64,000 nt of DNA, taken from positions 25,730,001-25,794,000 of the forward strand of contig OX597824.1 of assembly GCA_951406725.2 (NCBI GenBank), written 5' to 3'. The DNA is from Octopus vulgaris. Its lineage: Eukaryota. Of the stretch, positions 13,680-25,211 are shown piece after piece. The stretch's first letter is position 1. Each line of letters starts with the position of its first letter. The notes under the pieces were generated by a model that worked only from the letters and a program-made list of their open reading frames with translations, did not search any database and was not told the origin of the DNA. Both the position numbers and the translations under genes were made by a program.

Positions 13680-14024
13680 AGGTAAAGTAAAGTGCTCCCT
13701 CGGAGACGAATGACCATGGGATTGCACCTAAAAAGTTTCCCTCCGAGGCACAAATCTGGGCAAGGTGGTTTATGGAAGACCAACAGTCGCCCATGCATAC
13801 TAGCCTCCCCTCTCTGCGCCTCAGATGTTATCCAAAGAAAAGGCAAAGGTCGATACAACATGACACCTGAGACATCGTAACTCATTTCTACAGATGAGTG
13901 GCCTGTAGCAACATGAAATAAAATGTCTTGCTCAAGAACACAACGCATAGCCCGGTCCGCGAATCCAACTCACTACCTCATTATTGTGATCCCGACGCTC
14001 TAACCACTGAGCCATGCGACTTCA
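13680..14024 (-). mobile_element. tRNA-derived SINE family D
   Basis: Minus: gtgaagtcgcatggctcagtggttagagcg head; body matches 55558-55823. Confidence 0.75.
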
Positions 14025-14084
14025 CTAAAAGTAGAGTAATATACTATTTAGTTTCAGGTGCCCGTTCGTCTGACAGGTGAGATA

Positions 14085-14400
14085 ATGTATGTATGTATGT
14101 ATGTATGTATGTATGTATGTATGTATGTATGTATGTATGTATGTTTGTTTGTATGTATGTATGTATGTACGTACGTATGTATGTATGTATGTATTATGTT
14201 TGTATGTATGTATGTATGTATGTATCTATGTATGTATATATGTATGTATGTACGTACGTATGTATGTATTATGTATGTATGTATGTATGTATGTATGTAT
14301 GTATTATGTATGTATGTATGTATGTATGTATGTGCGTACGTATGTATGTATGTATTATATATGTATGTATGTATGTATGTTTGTATGTATGTATGTATGT
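14085..14400. repeat. (ATGT)n microsatellite
   Basis: Direct reading. Confidence 0.95.
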
Positions 14401-14886
14401 CTTGCTGTTTGTCTCTCCCTCACTTACACACACACACACACACATACACAAACACACACACACACACACACATCCCTTGACAACCGTTATTGGTTTGATT
14501 GCGTCTTCTCTCAAAAGAAAATCCGATAGAATAAGTACCAGACTCTAAAATAGGTACTGGGGTTGATGTATCCCCCTTGCAGGGCTAAATCCTTCAAGGC
14601 GGTGCCTCAACGTGGTGGTAGTGCAATGACTGGAGCAAGTAAACGAGAACCCGAAATGTATGAAAAACAAAGTCTATCTCAATGGAATTCGAACTCTGAA
14701 CTTAGAACCACGTGACTAAATAAAGGCTGCTAGTAGGTCAGTCACTCTGTTTATTCAACCTTCACACTTCCTACGAAAGCAACAGTGACAATAAGTAGCG
14801 AATTAAAGAGACTTTATGTTGTCGCTAGACCTATTTGAAAATGCAGGGAAATTCTCCCTAACACTTTAACTGTCCTGTGTATCACA

Positions 14887-15283
14887 TCTTTATATATAAA
14901 AGAGAAGTTGTGTGTCTGTCTCCAACGATTTAGATTCCAAACTACTCCCACATTTTGCGGTGCAGTTTAACCAAAAGCGGGTATCTTATAGTCGTGGTTC
15001 ATATCGAGCCCTTCTGGGTATTAGCGCGCGTCTACGATGAGTCTACGATTTAAAAAAAATTTACCATCATTTTTTTCCATTTTAATGCATTTTTTCGCTA
15101 TTATATAAGGGAAGTAACTCTCTAAAAATGTGAACGATGAGTCAACGATTTAAAAAAAAATTTACCATAATTTTTTTTCCATTTTTAATGCATTTTTTTG
15201 CTATTTTTTGGCAATAACTCTCTAAAAATGCTTATATAGTTATTTCCCTTACAAACCCGAGCAACGCTGGGCGATACTGCTAG
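14887..15283 (+). mobile_element. Non-autonomous Helitron-like element, family H1
   Basis: A|TC start, CTAG|T end, subterminal cccg..(c/t)ggg hairpin, no TSD, internal tandem duplication; second copy at 35797-36193. Confidence 0.8.
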
Positions 15284-15710
15284 TTTAACATACAGGGCAT
15301 AATTCCCTGGCTTCCATGTATCCATGATACAGATTCCTTTTTCTTTTCTTTTTTTTTATTTTTCATCTCCAGAGTAACTTGCGACTTATGAAAGGAAAGC
15401 TCTATTTTACTCAGAATGTATGAGACAAACGCTAAAAGTCTGAAAACAAGCATGGACGTTAGGACAAACTTATAAAAGTGTTTTGGACAGGTAAAATGTT
15501 TTGGACATGTAAAGGGTTGAATTACAGTGCAACAATTTCTACTTTTTTTGTGTTTGATCAGTGTTATTTCATATTTGCTTCTATCTAGAAACTTTATTTC
15601 CTTCAAACTTTGCTTTTGTGGCCTGGACATCAATATTTTGAAATTCACCAATTTTCCATTACATTTCAAACAGATTCAGTGCTGAGCTGCTGAAGCAGAA
15701 ATGTCGTTAT

Positions 15711-15877
15711 AACAAATATTCTGCTCAATACCTCAGATTTGTTCGTTAGCTGTTTAACCTTAACCAGTTAAGCATATCCCTTAGTAGCTGACAGTATGTG
15801 CATCTCTGATCATGAGCAGGAATAGTGGAGAAGCATCGTAACCATGTGTTGAGATTGATTCTTTGGAGTTTGAATAA
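15711..15877 (+). mobile_element. Diverged fragment of the 555-bp element
   Basis: aaatattctgctcaatacc...gtgcatctctgatc...catgtgttgag matches the reverse complement of about 17680-17845. Confidence 0.7.
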
Positions 15878-17086
15878 ATGTAGCGAAAGCAGTTTGAAGG
15901 AAATATTTGCCGTTTTTCGTCCTTTCTAAGGGTAAACAAATAGGAAATAACAGTTGCTGCCCAAGGACAAAAATCGTGTTACACAGTGTTATACCCTACT
16001 GACTTTAAAATTATATCTGTTACTACATAGTGTTATGTAGTATTTGATAACATCTGGAAACAAACGGAACGGTCATTAGTGGATTGCTTTTGATCATAGC
16101 TCTACTAGAATAGTGCTGACTTGAGGCTTAGCAACAGCAGTTACTGCAACAATAATTAAAGCTACCAAATCTTCCTAGTATGAAACCCTACCGTTTTAAC
16201 CTTTTGCTTGTTCAAAGCATTTTCATAAGTTTGTCCAAAATATCCACGATTGCTTTTGGGCTTTTAGTAAGCCCTTGTGTCATAAATGTAAATTTTTCCT
16301 TCCGTAAGACTCAAGATATGTTCTGGTGGTTGAAATAAAATTGGGTGTGTGTATTATATATGATGCATGGACGCTAAAAAAAATATGTTCTGCGTATCAC
16401 GTGTGAAACGAAAGACGAACAAAATGTGAAAAGAAAGTGCTACATTAGATTATACAGCTCTATGTACTGCGACTATAAAAAAGTGAGGGAGATGTCACGG
16501 TTGGAACGGCTTTGCTCATGTTTGCTCAAACAGGATTGACCTGGTGCTAAACAACAACGATCACAGCGAAAATTAGTGCAAGGCTAACTTACCTTTATAA
16601 TACGATGTGTGAGCCAATGATGGGGTTTCTACGTAGTCGTTCGAGCAGCTAGAACAAACAGCCGAATCTCCTTCAAACTTCACTTAAGCGTCTTAAAAAA
16701 TTGTTGTATATATATATATATATATTGTATGTAGCTGTGTCCTTGAAATGTATGTCAGGAGGAAAAAAAGGCAAAACAAACGATTACGATTACAGTTGTG
16801 AGCGTAACCAAACGGAACAGAAGAAAAAAAATCCTTCAGCTGAATATAATGCTTGAAACACGATTCATGAATGACAGAAGTCTTCTGATGCGAAGTAGTG
16901 TAGAAATTCTTTTATATTGTCTCCAGTAGATATGAAGTGGCTGTTATTGTAGTCGACGATCGTTTTCCGTATTAATATAATTGGTCAATTCATTTACGTC
17001 AAGCAATCCGCTCCTGCTTTCTAAACTATGTCTTTCCGAAGTGGAATGAAAAAAAACTGATATTTTCCAGTTGGGTGGATATGTAT

Positions 17087-17122
<36 letters not shown>

Positions 17123-17395
17123 TGAAATCTTCACTGTATGTGAATTATAACTTGTATATATAATTACTGTTTACATACGATGTATGTATAATTAACATCC
17201 TAATTGTGATAGATTACTGATAAAGCAATTAATGCACCATACAAACCTAAATGCTTTGTTTATTTTATTATTTTTTTTACATATTTTTTTGGTGAAAACT
17301 TCAATAGAATCCTAAATAGGCTTGGCATGAAATATTAGACGAATTTCTCTATATATTTTACATATCACTTGAGTTAGCATATTATTATTATTATT

Positions 17396-17949
17396 GAGTG
17401 AGAGAGCAGTGCATGCCATCAAAGTGACACTGGGGTAAAATATACGAAGCCCAATATACCCATCATGACTACCCGTCTGATAAAGGTACACCAGGCACAT
17501 GCATCACAACCATATGTGCGCGACATGGTGATCTCATATCAAGATAAACAGCACATGACCTTGCAGGTGGGGCCCAGTTAGAATTTTCTTCAGGTTGAGT
17601 AGCCCATCCCGCTCAAAAGGTCCCCGAATAAGGGTTGTTTAAGGATGTTGAAAGAACCACCCATGTTTCCAGAGGTGAATTATTCAAACCCCAAAGAATC
17701 CCTCTCAACACATGGCTATGATGCTCCCCCACTACTTCTGCTCGTGATCAGAGATGCACATATCGTCAGCCACTAAGGGACATGCTCAACTGGTTAAGGT
17801 CAAACAACTGACAAGCAAATCTGTGGTATTGAGCAGAATATTTGCTGTAGCCCATCTTTTATACCAAGACAAAACAATGTACATGATAACACTTGCAATC
17901 AGTTAAGATCAGAAGCCATGAGAGCCACTGCCTGGTACTGCATCAGGGC

Positions 17950-17950
<1 letters not shown>
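17396..17950 (-). mobile_element. 555-bp non-coding element flanked by (TAA)n, copy A
   Basis: Homologous to 22839-23871; (TAA)n on both sides; no convincing ORF, TIR or tRNA head; strand inferred from neighbours. Confidence 0.75.
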
Positions 17951-17983
<33 letters not shown>

Positions 17984-17984
<1 letters not shown>

Positions 17985-20900
17985 TATGTTTGACTTTTGC
18001 TTTATATTTGTACAAGTAGGCTCCAAGTCTCACCCAGAGACCTCAAGAGACAACAGGGTTGGAAGTTCATGTTGTTGTTATGCCTAGTGTGCCATATATT
18101 TGGGGGGTGGGGATGTTGTACTAATGAATGTCTAAAAAGAAAAAAAAAAGGTTTTTTTTTTTTTTTTTTTTTTTTTAAACCGAAAATTATGTTTGTTTTA
18201 AACCTTGAGATTACATAGAGAGTATTTTGCGTAGGATATGAGCAGTTCCCATGAGCACTATCTTTTGAACTTCTGCCATTTTTGGGTTTCCTGGTATCTG
18301 AGTTAGGTAGCTATCAGCCCCTTTTGCTATCATTCCCAGGGCACCTATGACAACAGGTATTGTTTTAGTCTTCAGCTTCCACATTTTGCTGATTTCTATT
18401 TCAAGATCTTTATATTTGCTCAGTTTTTGGTAGGTCTTGACAGATACGTTTATATCGATTGGGACAGTCATATCAATGAGGAGGCATGTTCTTTGTTTGA
18501 AGTTTTTCAATATGATGTCTGGCCTATTTGCATCTATCTTCCTGTCAGTTTGAATGGTGAAGTTCCAGAGGAGTGAGATGTGGTCATTTTCAAGCACTGG
18601 GGGTGGTTTGTGTTCCCACCAGTTTTTTTCATGGGGCAAATCCAGGTTTTTACAGATTACCCAGTGAATATATTGTGCAGCTCTATCGTGCCTGTTGAGA
18701 TACTCTGTAGGCGCTAGAAGACTGCACTTGGAGACCACATGGTCAATGGTTTCATTTTGTTGCTTGCATACACGACACGTTGGACTGCTTCTGATCTTTA
18801 ATATGTTGGCCTGGTAGTTTCTTGTTGGTAGGCATTGATCTTGAGCTGCTATGATAAACCCCTCTGTTTCAGATTTTAAGCCAGAGGCCATTAGCCATTG
18901 ATGGGTCAGGGCTTTGTCGATATCTGCATTATTCGCTCTCTTTGGGTATTTGCCATAGAGAGGTTTTTCTTGCCATTTATTATTCAGAATATCTAAGGCC
19001 GCAGTTTTGGCACGGGTTTTCATGCGCCTAGCTTTTTCTGTGCTTGTTTCTTGTATATCTATCTCTAATTCCGAAATTGGTTGTATTCGGAATTCACTTA
19101 GATATTCCTTTGCCTGTTTTGTGACTGAGTATGATGCTTTCTTGTTTTCATGTTTTGAGACAAGTTTTAGCATCCAGTCCTCAGAGTTTTTCAGGTAGGT
19201 GTCTAGGCCAATTGTAGCAATCTTCATTGTTATTGCCAGTTGCAAAAGACCACGGCCTCCCTCTTTTCTTGGCAGATAGAGTCGTTCTGTATCTGCCTTA
19301 GGGTGGTGCATTCTATGCATTGTCAACAGTTTCCTTATTTTTCTGTCGAGCTGACATATTTCAGTAATTGACCAGTTAACAATATTGAAACTGTAAGTCA
19401 CGACTGGTATAGCTAATGCATTGATTGCTTCGATCCTGTTTCTTGCATTCAGCTCTGTCTTGAGTATTGCTCTCACTCTTCGATAGCATTCTCTCCTGAT
19501 CCTTTCCTTCATCTCTGAATGCCTTATTCCGTTCCCTTCAATTATCCCTAGGTACTTGTAGCTCTCCGCTGAGTCTAGTTCTTTTATGACATTCTGTTGG
19601 TCAAGGTTAACGTTAGATGTTTCTGTCATTTTTCCTTTGATAAAGGTAGCCTTTGCACATTTATCGAGGCCGAATTGCATTCTGATGTCGTCACTGAATT
19701 GTTTGACTATCGCTAGTAAGCCCTTGAGTTGTTGATCATTTTTTGCAAAAAGCTTTAAATCATCCATGTAAACGAGATGATTTATATTTTTATCAAACAT
19801 TTTATACCCGTACTGCGCGTCATTGAGCAGCTTTGAGAGAGGTATTAAGGATAAACAAAAGAGGAGTGGTGACAGTGAGTCACCCTGGAAAATGCCACAC
19901 GAAATTTTTACATCACCAGCATTTAGGGATTCACTGTCACTGTTCAGAGTTAGTGTGGTTCTCCATGATCTCATACTTACAGTCAAGAAGTTTCGCAGAG
20001 TTGGTGCTATCTTATACATTTCAAGGCATTTCCTAATCCAGCTATGTGGTAGGCTATCAAAAGCCTTTTTATAGTCTATCCAGGCTATTGATAAGTTTTT
20101 GTGTCGTTTGTGACAATCTTCTAAGATCATCTTATTGATGAGTAGTTGGTCTTTACAGCCGTAGGATCCACGTTTACATCCTTTCTGTTCATTAGGGAAT
20201 ATGCTGCTGTCTGTTAAAAAACTATAGGTATATTCCGTCAGGACAGATGTTAGTGTTTTGTACATAGTTGTTAAGCAAGTTATGGGTCTATAGTTTTTTG
20301 GTTCATTTGTTTCTTCACTTTTTGGAAGCAGGAATGTTAACCCATTAACTAGCCAAGGAGGCATCCTACTAGGGTGTTGCAAAACATCATTGTACAGTTC
20401 TGTTAGCAGTTCATGGCTCTCTGGGAAGGCATTCAGCCAGAAGTTAGGAATTTTATCCTTTCCTGGAGACTTCCATTTGCTTGACCTCCTGAGAGCAGAT
20501 CTTATATCTTCTACCTTGACACCCTCCCACTTTTGCTCTTCTAAGGGGTCCAGTTCTGTAGATATTCTGTCAATCCAGGGGGCCTTTTCGTTGTGTGTTT
20601 TTTCTTCTGCCCAGATTTTATTCCAAAATCTCTGCACTTCTTCTTTTGATGGTACAGACCCTGCAGTAAACGCTGTTTTTCCCATCTTCCTGTAAAAATT
20701 CTTGGTGTTATTTTTGAACATGTTGTTGTCCTTGAAAAATCTAACACGCTTTTCATACCTCGCTATGCGGGCAGCTTTGGCAGATACCTTTTGTTTGATG
20801 GTTTCTATGGTGGCATCAATATCAAGTATAGTTTTCATATTGTATTTTTTCAGTAATTTTTGGGTTTTTGTAGGTTTGGTAATCTTGTGAGCCTTAAGGT

Positions 20901-22030
20901 TTTTCAAATATTCAATGTCAGATCTAAATATTTTAATTTGTTGTTGCAGACGCTCTTGCCAAGAAGGCTTTTTGTGGGACTGTTGCCGTTTTCTAATCTT
21001 TACACCACATAGGATCGTTGAGATTTTCGCGGATGCATAGTATAGGTGGTTGAGGTTTGTGATATCAACATCATTAACTGAAATTATATCCTTAAGTGCA
21101 AGCCGGATTTTACCAATTATTTTCATGTTTTGGTTAGAGTTGCGGATTTTAGGAAGTGTATCACGCTCATCCATGCTGGTTTCTTTAATTTTCAGCCATT
21201 CAATCATGATTTGATTTTTTAGCTCATGTAGTTCTGTTGGGTCAATATTTGTGTGACTTTCTTTATCTATTTGATGCTCATCTGTCTTAGTGTTTATGAT
21301 TGGTTCAGGGCGTATTTCACTTTGCCTATCACTTATACTAACTCTTTCAATCCTCTCTTCGTTTTTATCCGCCCTGGGCTGGTCTATAATCATTTCCTCT
21401 GTATTATCTTCTCTAGCTGCAGCTTCGTTCATTTTATCCGATATTGCTTGTCTAACCTGATCAATCTCTACTTCAGTCAGTAATTTCTTTTTTATAATGT
21501 TTCTTCTAACATTGGCAAGCTTGTTACTGTCTATGTAGGGTCTTACTTCAGGGTGTTTCTGTCTCCAGTTTAAGTATGCTTGTACAGTGCTAGACTTATC
21601 TGTGGGGAAATATATGGCATGGTAGAAGGCCTCAAGAACTTCTTTATTATCTTCCCTAGACCATTTTTCCTTCTTTTTCTTTTGATTATTTGGTGATGAG
21701 CATGGATGGCCATCTGTTGGAATATTCCGGTTGTGGGGTTCGTCCAGCTCCTGTGTATTGGGAAGATTTGATCCAGTAACTGATTTTTCAATCAGGATTT
21801 GGTTCAATTTTCGGGTACGTGGTCTTTTGTAATCCGCGCAATGACCAATGCGGTTTATTGTTTGATTTGTTGACCTTGAAGCATGACGAGCATCCATTCT
21901 TATATTAGGAGATGGATCTGTCAGTTTAGGGTTCACTACGTGTAAGCATTGCTCATAGCGCCGCTTCTTAAGACTAGCAGATCTATATTCGTCTGTATTT
22001 TTTTTGTTGATAGTTTTATCTCCGGACATT
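17984..22030 (-). mobile_element. R4/Dong-clade non-LTR retrotransposon, ORF intact, inserted in (TAA)n
   Basis: Single ORF, about 225-nt 3'UTR, (TAA)n at both ends. Confidence 0.9.
18211..22029 (-). CDS. Reverse transcriptase with C-terminal zinc knuckle and restriction-like endonuclease, 1272 aa
   Basis: RT motifs YRPITCL, WIDYKKAFDS, GIFQGDSLSPLLF, YMDD, YKYLG; CRVC..ETIDHVVSKC, RHD, RPDII..LIDMTVP, KLSKY. Confidence 0.93.
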   Translation of the reverse strand: MSGDKTINKKNTDEYRSASLKKRRYEQCLHVVNPKLTDPSPNIRMDARHASRSTNQTINRIGHCADYKRPRTRKLNQILIEKSVTGSNLPNTQELDEPHNRNIPTDGHPCSSPNNQKKKKEKWSREDNKEVLEAFYHAIYFPTDKSSTVQAYLNWRQKHPEVRPYIDSNKLANVRRNIIKKKLLTEVEIDQVRQAISDKMNEAAAREDNTEEMIIDQPRADKNEERIERVSISDRQSEIRPEPIINTKTDEHQIDKESHTNIDPTELHELKNQIMIEWLKIKETSMDERDTLPKIRNSNQNMKIIGKIRLALKDIISVNDVDITNLNHLYYASAKISTILCGVKIRKRQQSHKKPSWQERLQQQIKIFRSDIEYLKNLKAHKITKPTKTQKLLKKYNMKTILDIDATIETIKQKVSAKAARIARYEKRVRFFKDNNMFKNNTKNFYRKMGKTAFTAGSVPSKEEVQRFWNKIWAEEKTHNEKAPWIDRISTELDPLEEQKWEGVKVEDIRSALRRSSKWKSPGKDKIPNFWLNAFPESHELLTELYNDVLQHPSRMPPWLVNGLTFLLPKSEETNEPKNYRPITCLTTMYKTLTSVLTEYTYSFLTDSSIFPNEQKGCKRGSYGCKDQLLINKMILEDCHKRHKNLSIAWIDYKKAFDSLPHSWIRKCLEMYKIAPTLRNFLTVSMRSWRTTLTLNSDSESLNAGDVKISCGIFQGDSLSPLLFCLSLIPLSKLLNDAQYGYKMFDKNINHLVYMDDLKLFAKNDQQLKGLLAIVKQFSDDIRMQFGLDKCAKATFIKGKMTETSNVNLDQQNVIKELDSAESYKYLGIIEGNGIRHSEMKERIRRECYRRVRAILKTELNARNRIEAINALAIPVVTYSFNIVNWSITEICQLDRKIRKLLTMHRMHHPKADTERLYLPRKEGGRGLLQLAITMKIATIGLDTYLKNSEDWMLKLVSKHENKKASYSVTKQAKEYLSEFRIQPISELEIDIQETSTEKARRMKTRAKTAALDILNNKWQEKPLYGKYPKRANNADIDKALTHQWLMASGLKSETEGFIIAAQDQCLPTRNYQANILKIRSSPTCRVCKQQNETIDHVVSKCSLLAPTEYLNRHDRAAQYIHWVICKNLDLPHEKNWWEHKPPPVLENDHISLLWNFTIQTDRKIDANRPDIILKNFKQRTCLLIDMTVPIDINVSVKTYQKLSKYKDLEIEISKMWKLKTKTIPVVIGALGMIAKGADSYLTQIPGNPKMAEVQKIVLMGTAHILRKILSM

Positions 22031-22056
22031 TTTTTTTTTTTTTATTATTATTTTTA

Positions 22057-22117
<61 letters not shown>

Positions 22118-22120
<3 letters not shown>

Positions 22121-22838
22121 TAGTTTTATTTTTATAGCGTGCTTTCACTTCACTACCGAGCGCAGCTCTGTGTGCCTTGGGTATGTGCTGTGATTTGTTG
22201 TGATGCTCTGATGGTTATTGTATGGAAAGTGTTCTGCGTAGGATGTGTGCAGTGCCTAGTAGTGCAATTTTCTGTATGTTATATGTGTTTGTAAGTCCTG
22301 GTGTTTTTGTTATGTATTTGTCTGAATATTTTTTTTTATCATGCCTAATGCACCTGCTATGATAGGAATTGTTTCTGTTTTTAGATACCACATTCTGGTT
22401 ACCTCTATTTCTAGGTCTTTGTATTTTGAAAGTTTTTCCATTTCTTTTAGAGACACGTTGTCATCTGCCGGTATTGATACATCAATTAGAAAGGATTTTT
22501 TTTTTCTTCATGATCTCTGACAACTATAACTGGTCTGTTGGCCTTAATTTCTCTATCGGTGTGTATCGGCATATCCCAGAGTATGGTTGCTTTCTCGTTT
22601 TCTTTGACCTTTTCTGGTGCGTGCCTATACCATCTTTTTTTCTGTTGTTATTCCATAATGTTGGCATAGCTTCCAGTGTATGTAGGTCCCAACTCTGTCA
22701 TGTCTGTGAATAAATTCCTTCTTAGCCAGGACTGGGCAGCCAGAGATAATATGATTTATTGTTTCTTGTCCATCTCCACATATTCTGCAGTTACTTGTAA
22801 TATTTCTTTTCATTACATGTTTTTGGTAATTTCTGGTG
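22118..22838 (-). mobile_element. 3' fragment of a second R4/Dong family
   Basis: TRNYQ..CRICGDGQETINHIISGC..RHD ... IQKIALLGTAHILRRTL*, frameshifted; own 3'UTR and (TAA)n tail. Confidence 0.85.
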
Positions 22839-23278
22839 GAGCAGTGCATGCCATCAAAGTGAGACTGGGGTAAAATATACGAAGCCCAGTATACCCATCA
22901 TAAATACATGTCTGGTAAGGGTACACCAGGCACATGCATCACAACCATATGTCCGCGGTATAGTGATCTCATATCAATATTAACAGCGCATGACCTTGCA
23001 GGTGGGACCCAGTTAGAATTTTCTTCTCGTCGAGTAACCCATCCCGCTCAAAAGGTCCCTGAATAAAGGTTGTTTAAGGATATTGAACGAAGCACCCATG
23101 TTTCCAGAGGGGAACTATCCAAACCCCAAAGAATTCCTCTCAACATATGGCTATGATGCTTCACTTCTACTTCTGCTCGTGATCAGAGATGCACATATCG
23201 TCAGCCACTAAGGGATATGCTCAACTGGTTACGGTCAAACAACTGATAAGCAAATCTGTGGTATTGAGCAGAATATTT

Positions 23279-23756
23279 GGATCTTTTCGTTTTGAACGGC
23301 AGTTTTTTTCTAGCGGTATCATATGAAATTGTCACCCATAATTATGACCCCTAGTATCGATCTATTGCATTTCTATCTGTTTTAGGGTTAGGGTTAGGGT
23401 TAGGGTTAGGGTTAGGGTTAGTTAGGGTTAGTTAGGATTAGGGTTATGGTTAGGGTTAGGGGTGGGGGGAAGGGTATCTATTTTTCTTCACAAATGTAAA
23501 TAAACCCAATCTGTTTTTTAAACGAGGGACATATTCATACGGCACAGAATGCTTTTTACCTGAATAGACGTAATTGATTAGTTGAAATTGCAGAAATTGA
23601 AGAAAAAAAACAAATATCTTACAAACTATAGAATTTTCTTAATAAAGTCAAGAGAAAAAGATGTTTTATAAACACATTCTACCAGTATACGAAGTCTAAA
23701 ATTTTTTAGTTACCTAGAAATTATGTTAAAAACTGCCGCTCAAACCGAAAAAATCC
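23279..23756. mobile_element. MITE with GG-initiated TIRs and 8-bp TSD (Merlin-like), containing (TTAGGG)n
   Basis: ggatcttttcgttttgaacggcagtttt / aaaactgccgctcaaaccgaaaaaatcc; TSD gaatattt, present once in copy A of the host element. Confidence 0.85.
23382..23462 (+). repeat. Interstitial telomeric (TTAGGG)n, partly degenerate
   Basis: Direct reading. Confidence 0.9.
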
Positions 23757-23899
23757 GAATATTTGCTGTAGCCCATCTTTTATACCAAGACAAAACAATG
23801 TACACGATAACATTTCCAATCACTTAACATCAGAAGCCATGAGAATCACTGCCTGGTACTGCATCAGGGCATTTATTATTATTATTGTTGTTGCTGTTG

Positions 23900-24268
23900 T
23901 TATAGATGTCGCACAGTATACAATATCGTGAGGTTGATGATTGAAGATATATTGTGTCTACCGAGGGGCGGTTGCACAGTTTGTCAAGTCACAGCAAGAA
24001 CCTCAGACGAACAGTACTTTGAGCAACATGCGTGCAGTTCCAAGTAATGCCGACATTTACAATACATCTAGATTGTAGGTTTTCATATGTTTTTTTTTTT
24101 CAGATTGGGTGGTATTGAACTCAATGCTCCGAAGACAATAGGGATAACCTTTATGTTCGACTTTCGTAGCTGCAACATCTTAGCAATCTCACTTCTCAGG
24201 TCTCCATATTTATCAACTTTTTATCTTTCTTTCGTGATATGTTGATCTCCGGGTACTGCCATGTCATC
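23900..24268 (-). mobile_element. 3' fragment of a third R4/Dong family
   Basis: Minus translation DMAVPGD..KVDKYGDLRSEIAKM..VIPIVFGAL..SALLGTARML; degenerate (TAA/CAA)n tail. Confidence 0.75.
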
Positions 24269-24799
24269 TAACGAAGGGAGAGTCCATGATATTGTGTGTA
24301 TGTGTGTGTGTGTGTATTTGTGTGTGTACGCGAGATTACTTGTGAGGTTTCCCATGAGGGCTGGTGAGATGGAATCCAGTCACGGTGGGGTCGTCGGTAG
24401 TTAAACCAACTGTATTTCAAGTGTTCACATTAAGTGAAAAATTTTTTTATCATTGTGAGAAGTATAGTCTGGTGGCATATCCAGTCACCAAATGTTGTTG
24501 GCTGTTTGTGAATAGTGTGTTCTTTTACAACAACGTTTACCAATAACTAGAAAGCTGTATTTCAAGTGGAGCAGTCCAGGTTCTAATCGGGGTACCATAG
24601 GGCTTGGAGTACCTGAATTCCCAGAAGATTTTTTTTGCTGTGTTTTGTTGAGCTGTTGTTTTCTTCTTCTATTGTGACTTTCTTACTGAACTGTTTGCTT
24701 TTTCTCTTCTTCCCTTTTGTTTCCTTTTGATTTCTCTCTTTTCTTTTTGAAATTTGTGAACTATTGTTTTGGACTTTTTTACTGTTTAATTCAAAACAT

Positions 24800-24970
24800 G
24801 GCTCAGGAGTGGCTGTGTGGTAAGTAGCTTGCTAACCAACCACATGGTTTCGGGTTCAGTCCCACTGCGTGGCATCTTGGGCAATTGTCTTCTGCTATAG
24901 CCCCAGGCCGACCAATGCCTTGTGAGTGGATTTGGTAGACGGAAACTGAAAGAAGCTTGTCATATATATG

Positions 24971-25007
<37 letters not shown>

Positions 25008-25207
25008 GTGTGTGTTTGTCCCCCTAGCATTGCTTGAAAACCGATGCCTGTGTGTTTACGTCCCCGTCACTTAGCGGTTCGGCAAAATAGACCGATAGAA
25101 TAAGTACTGGGCTTACAAAGAATAAGTCCCGGGGTCGATTTGCTCGACTAAAGGCGGTGATCCAGCATGGCCGCAGTCAAAACGACTGAAACAAGTAAAA
25201 GAGTAAA
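24800..25207 (+). mobile_element. SINE family A, full length
   Basis: Head, central microsatellite and tail all present. Confidence 0.88.
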
Positions 25208-25211
25208 GAGT

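Larger units (their letters stand above)
22839..23871 (-). mobile_element. 555-bp element copy B, interrupted by a MITE
   Basis: Aligns with 17396-17950 once 23279-23764 is removed. Confidence 0.8.

Noticed and set aside
16587-16600. Minus-strand donor AAG|GTAAGT as the GPCR 5'UTR exon end
   Set aside because: Good consensus, but it lies among apparently degraded repeats and cannot be supported without transcripts
23382-23462. True telomere or chromosome fusion site
   Set aside because: Short, single orientation and internal to a MITE with a TSD
17396-23871. 555-bp direct repeats as LTRs of the RT element
   Set aside because: The RT is non-LTR RLE type, there are no TG..CA ends or PBS, the copies are diverged, and TAA tracts plus another fragment separate them from the ORF
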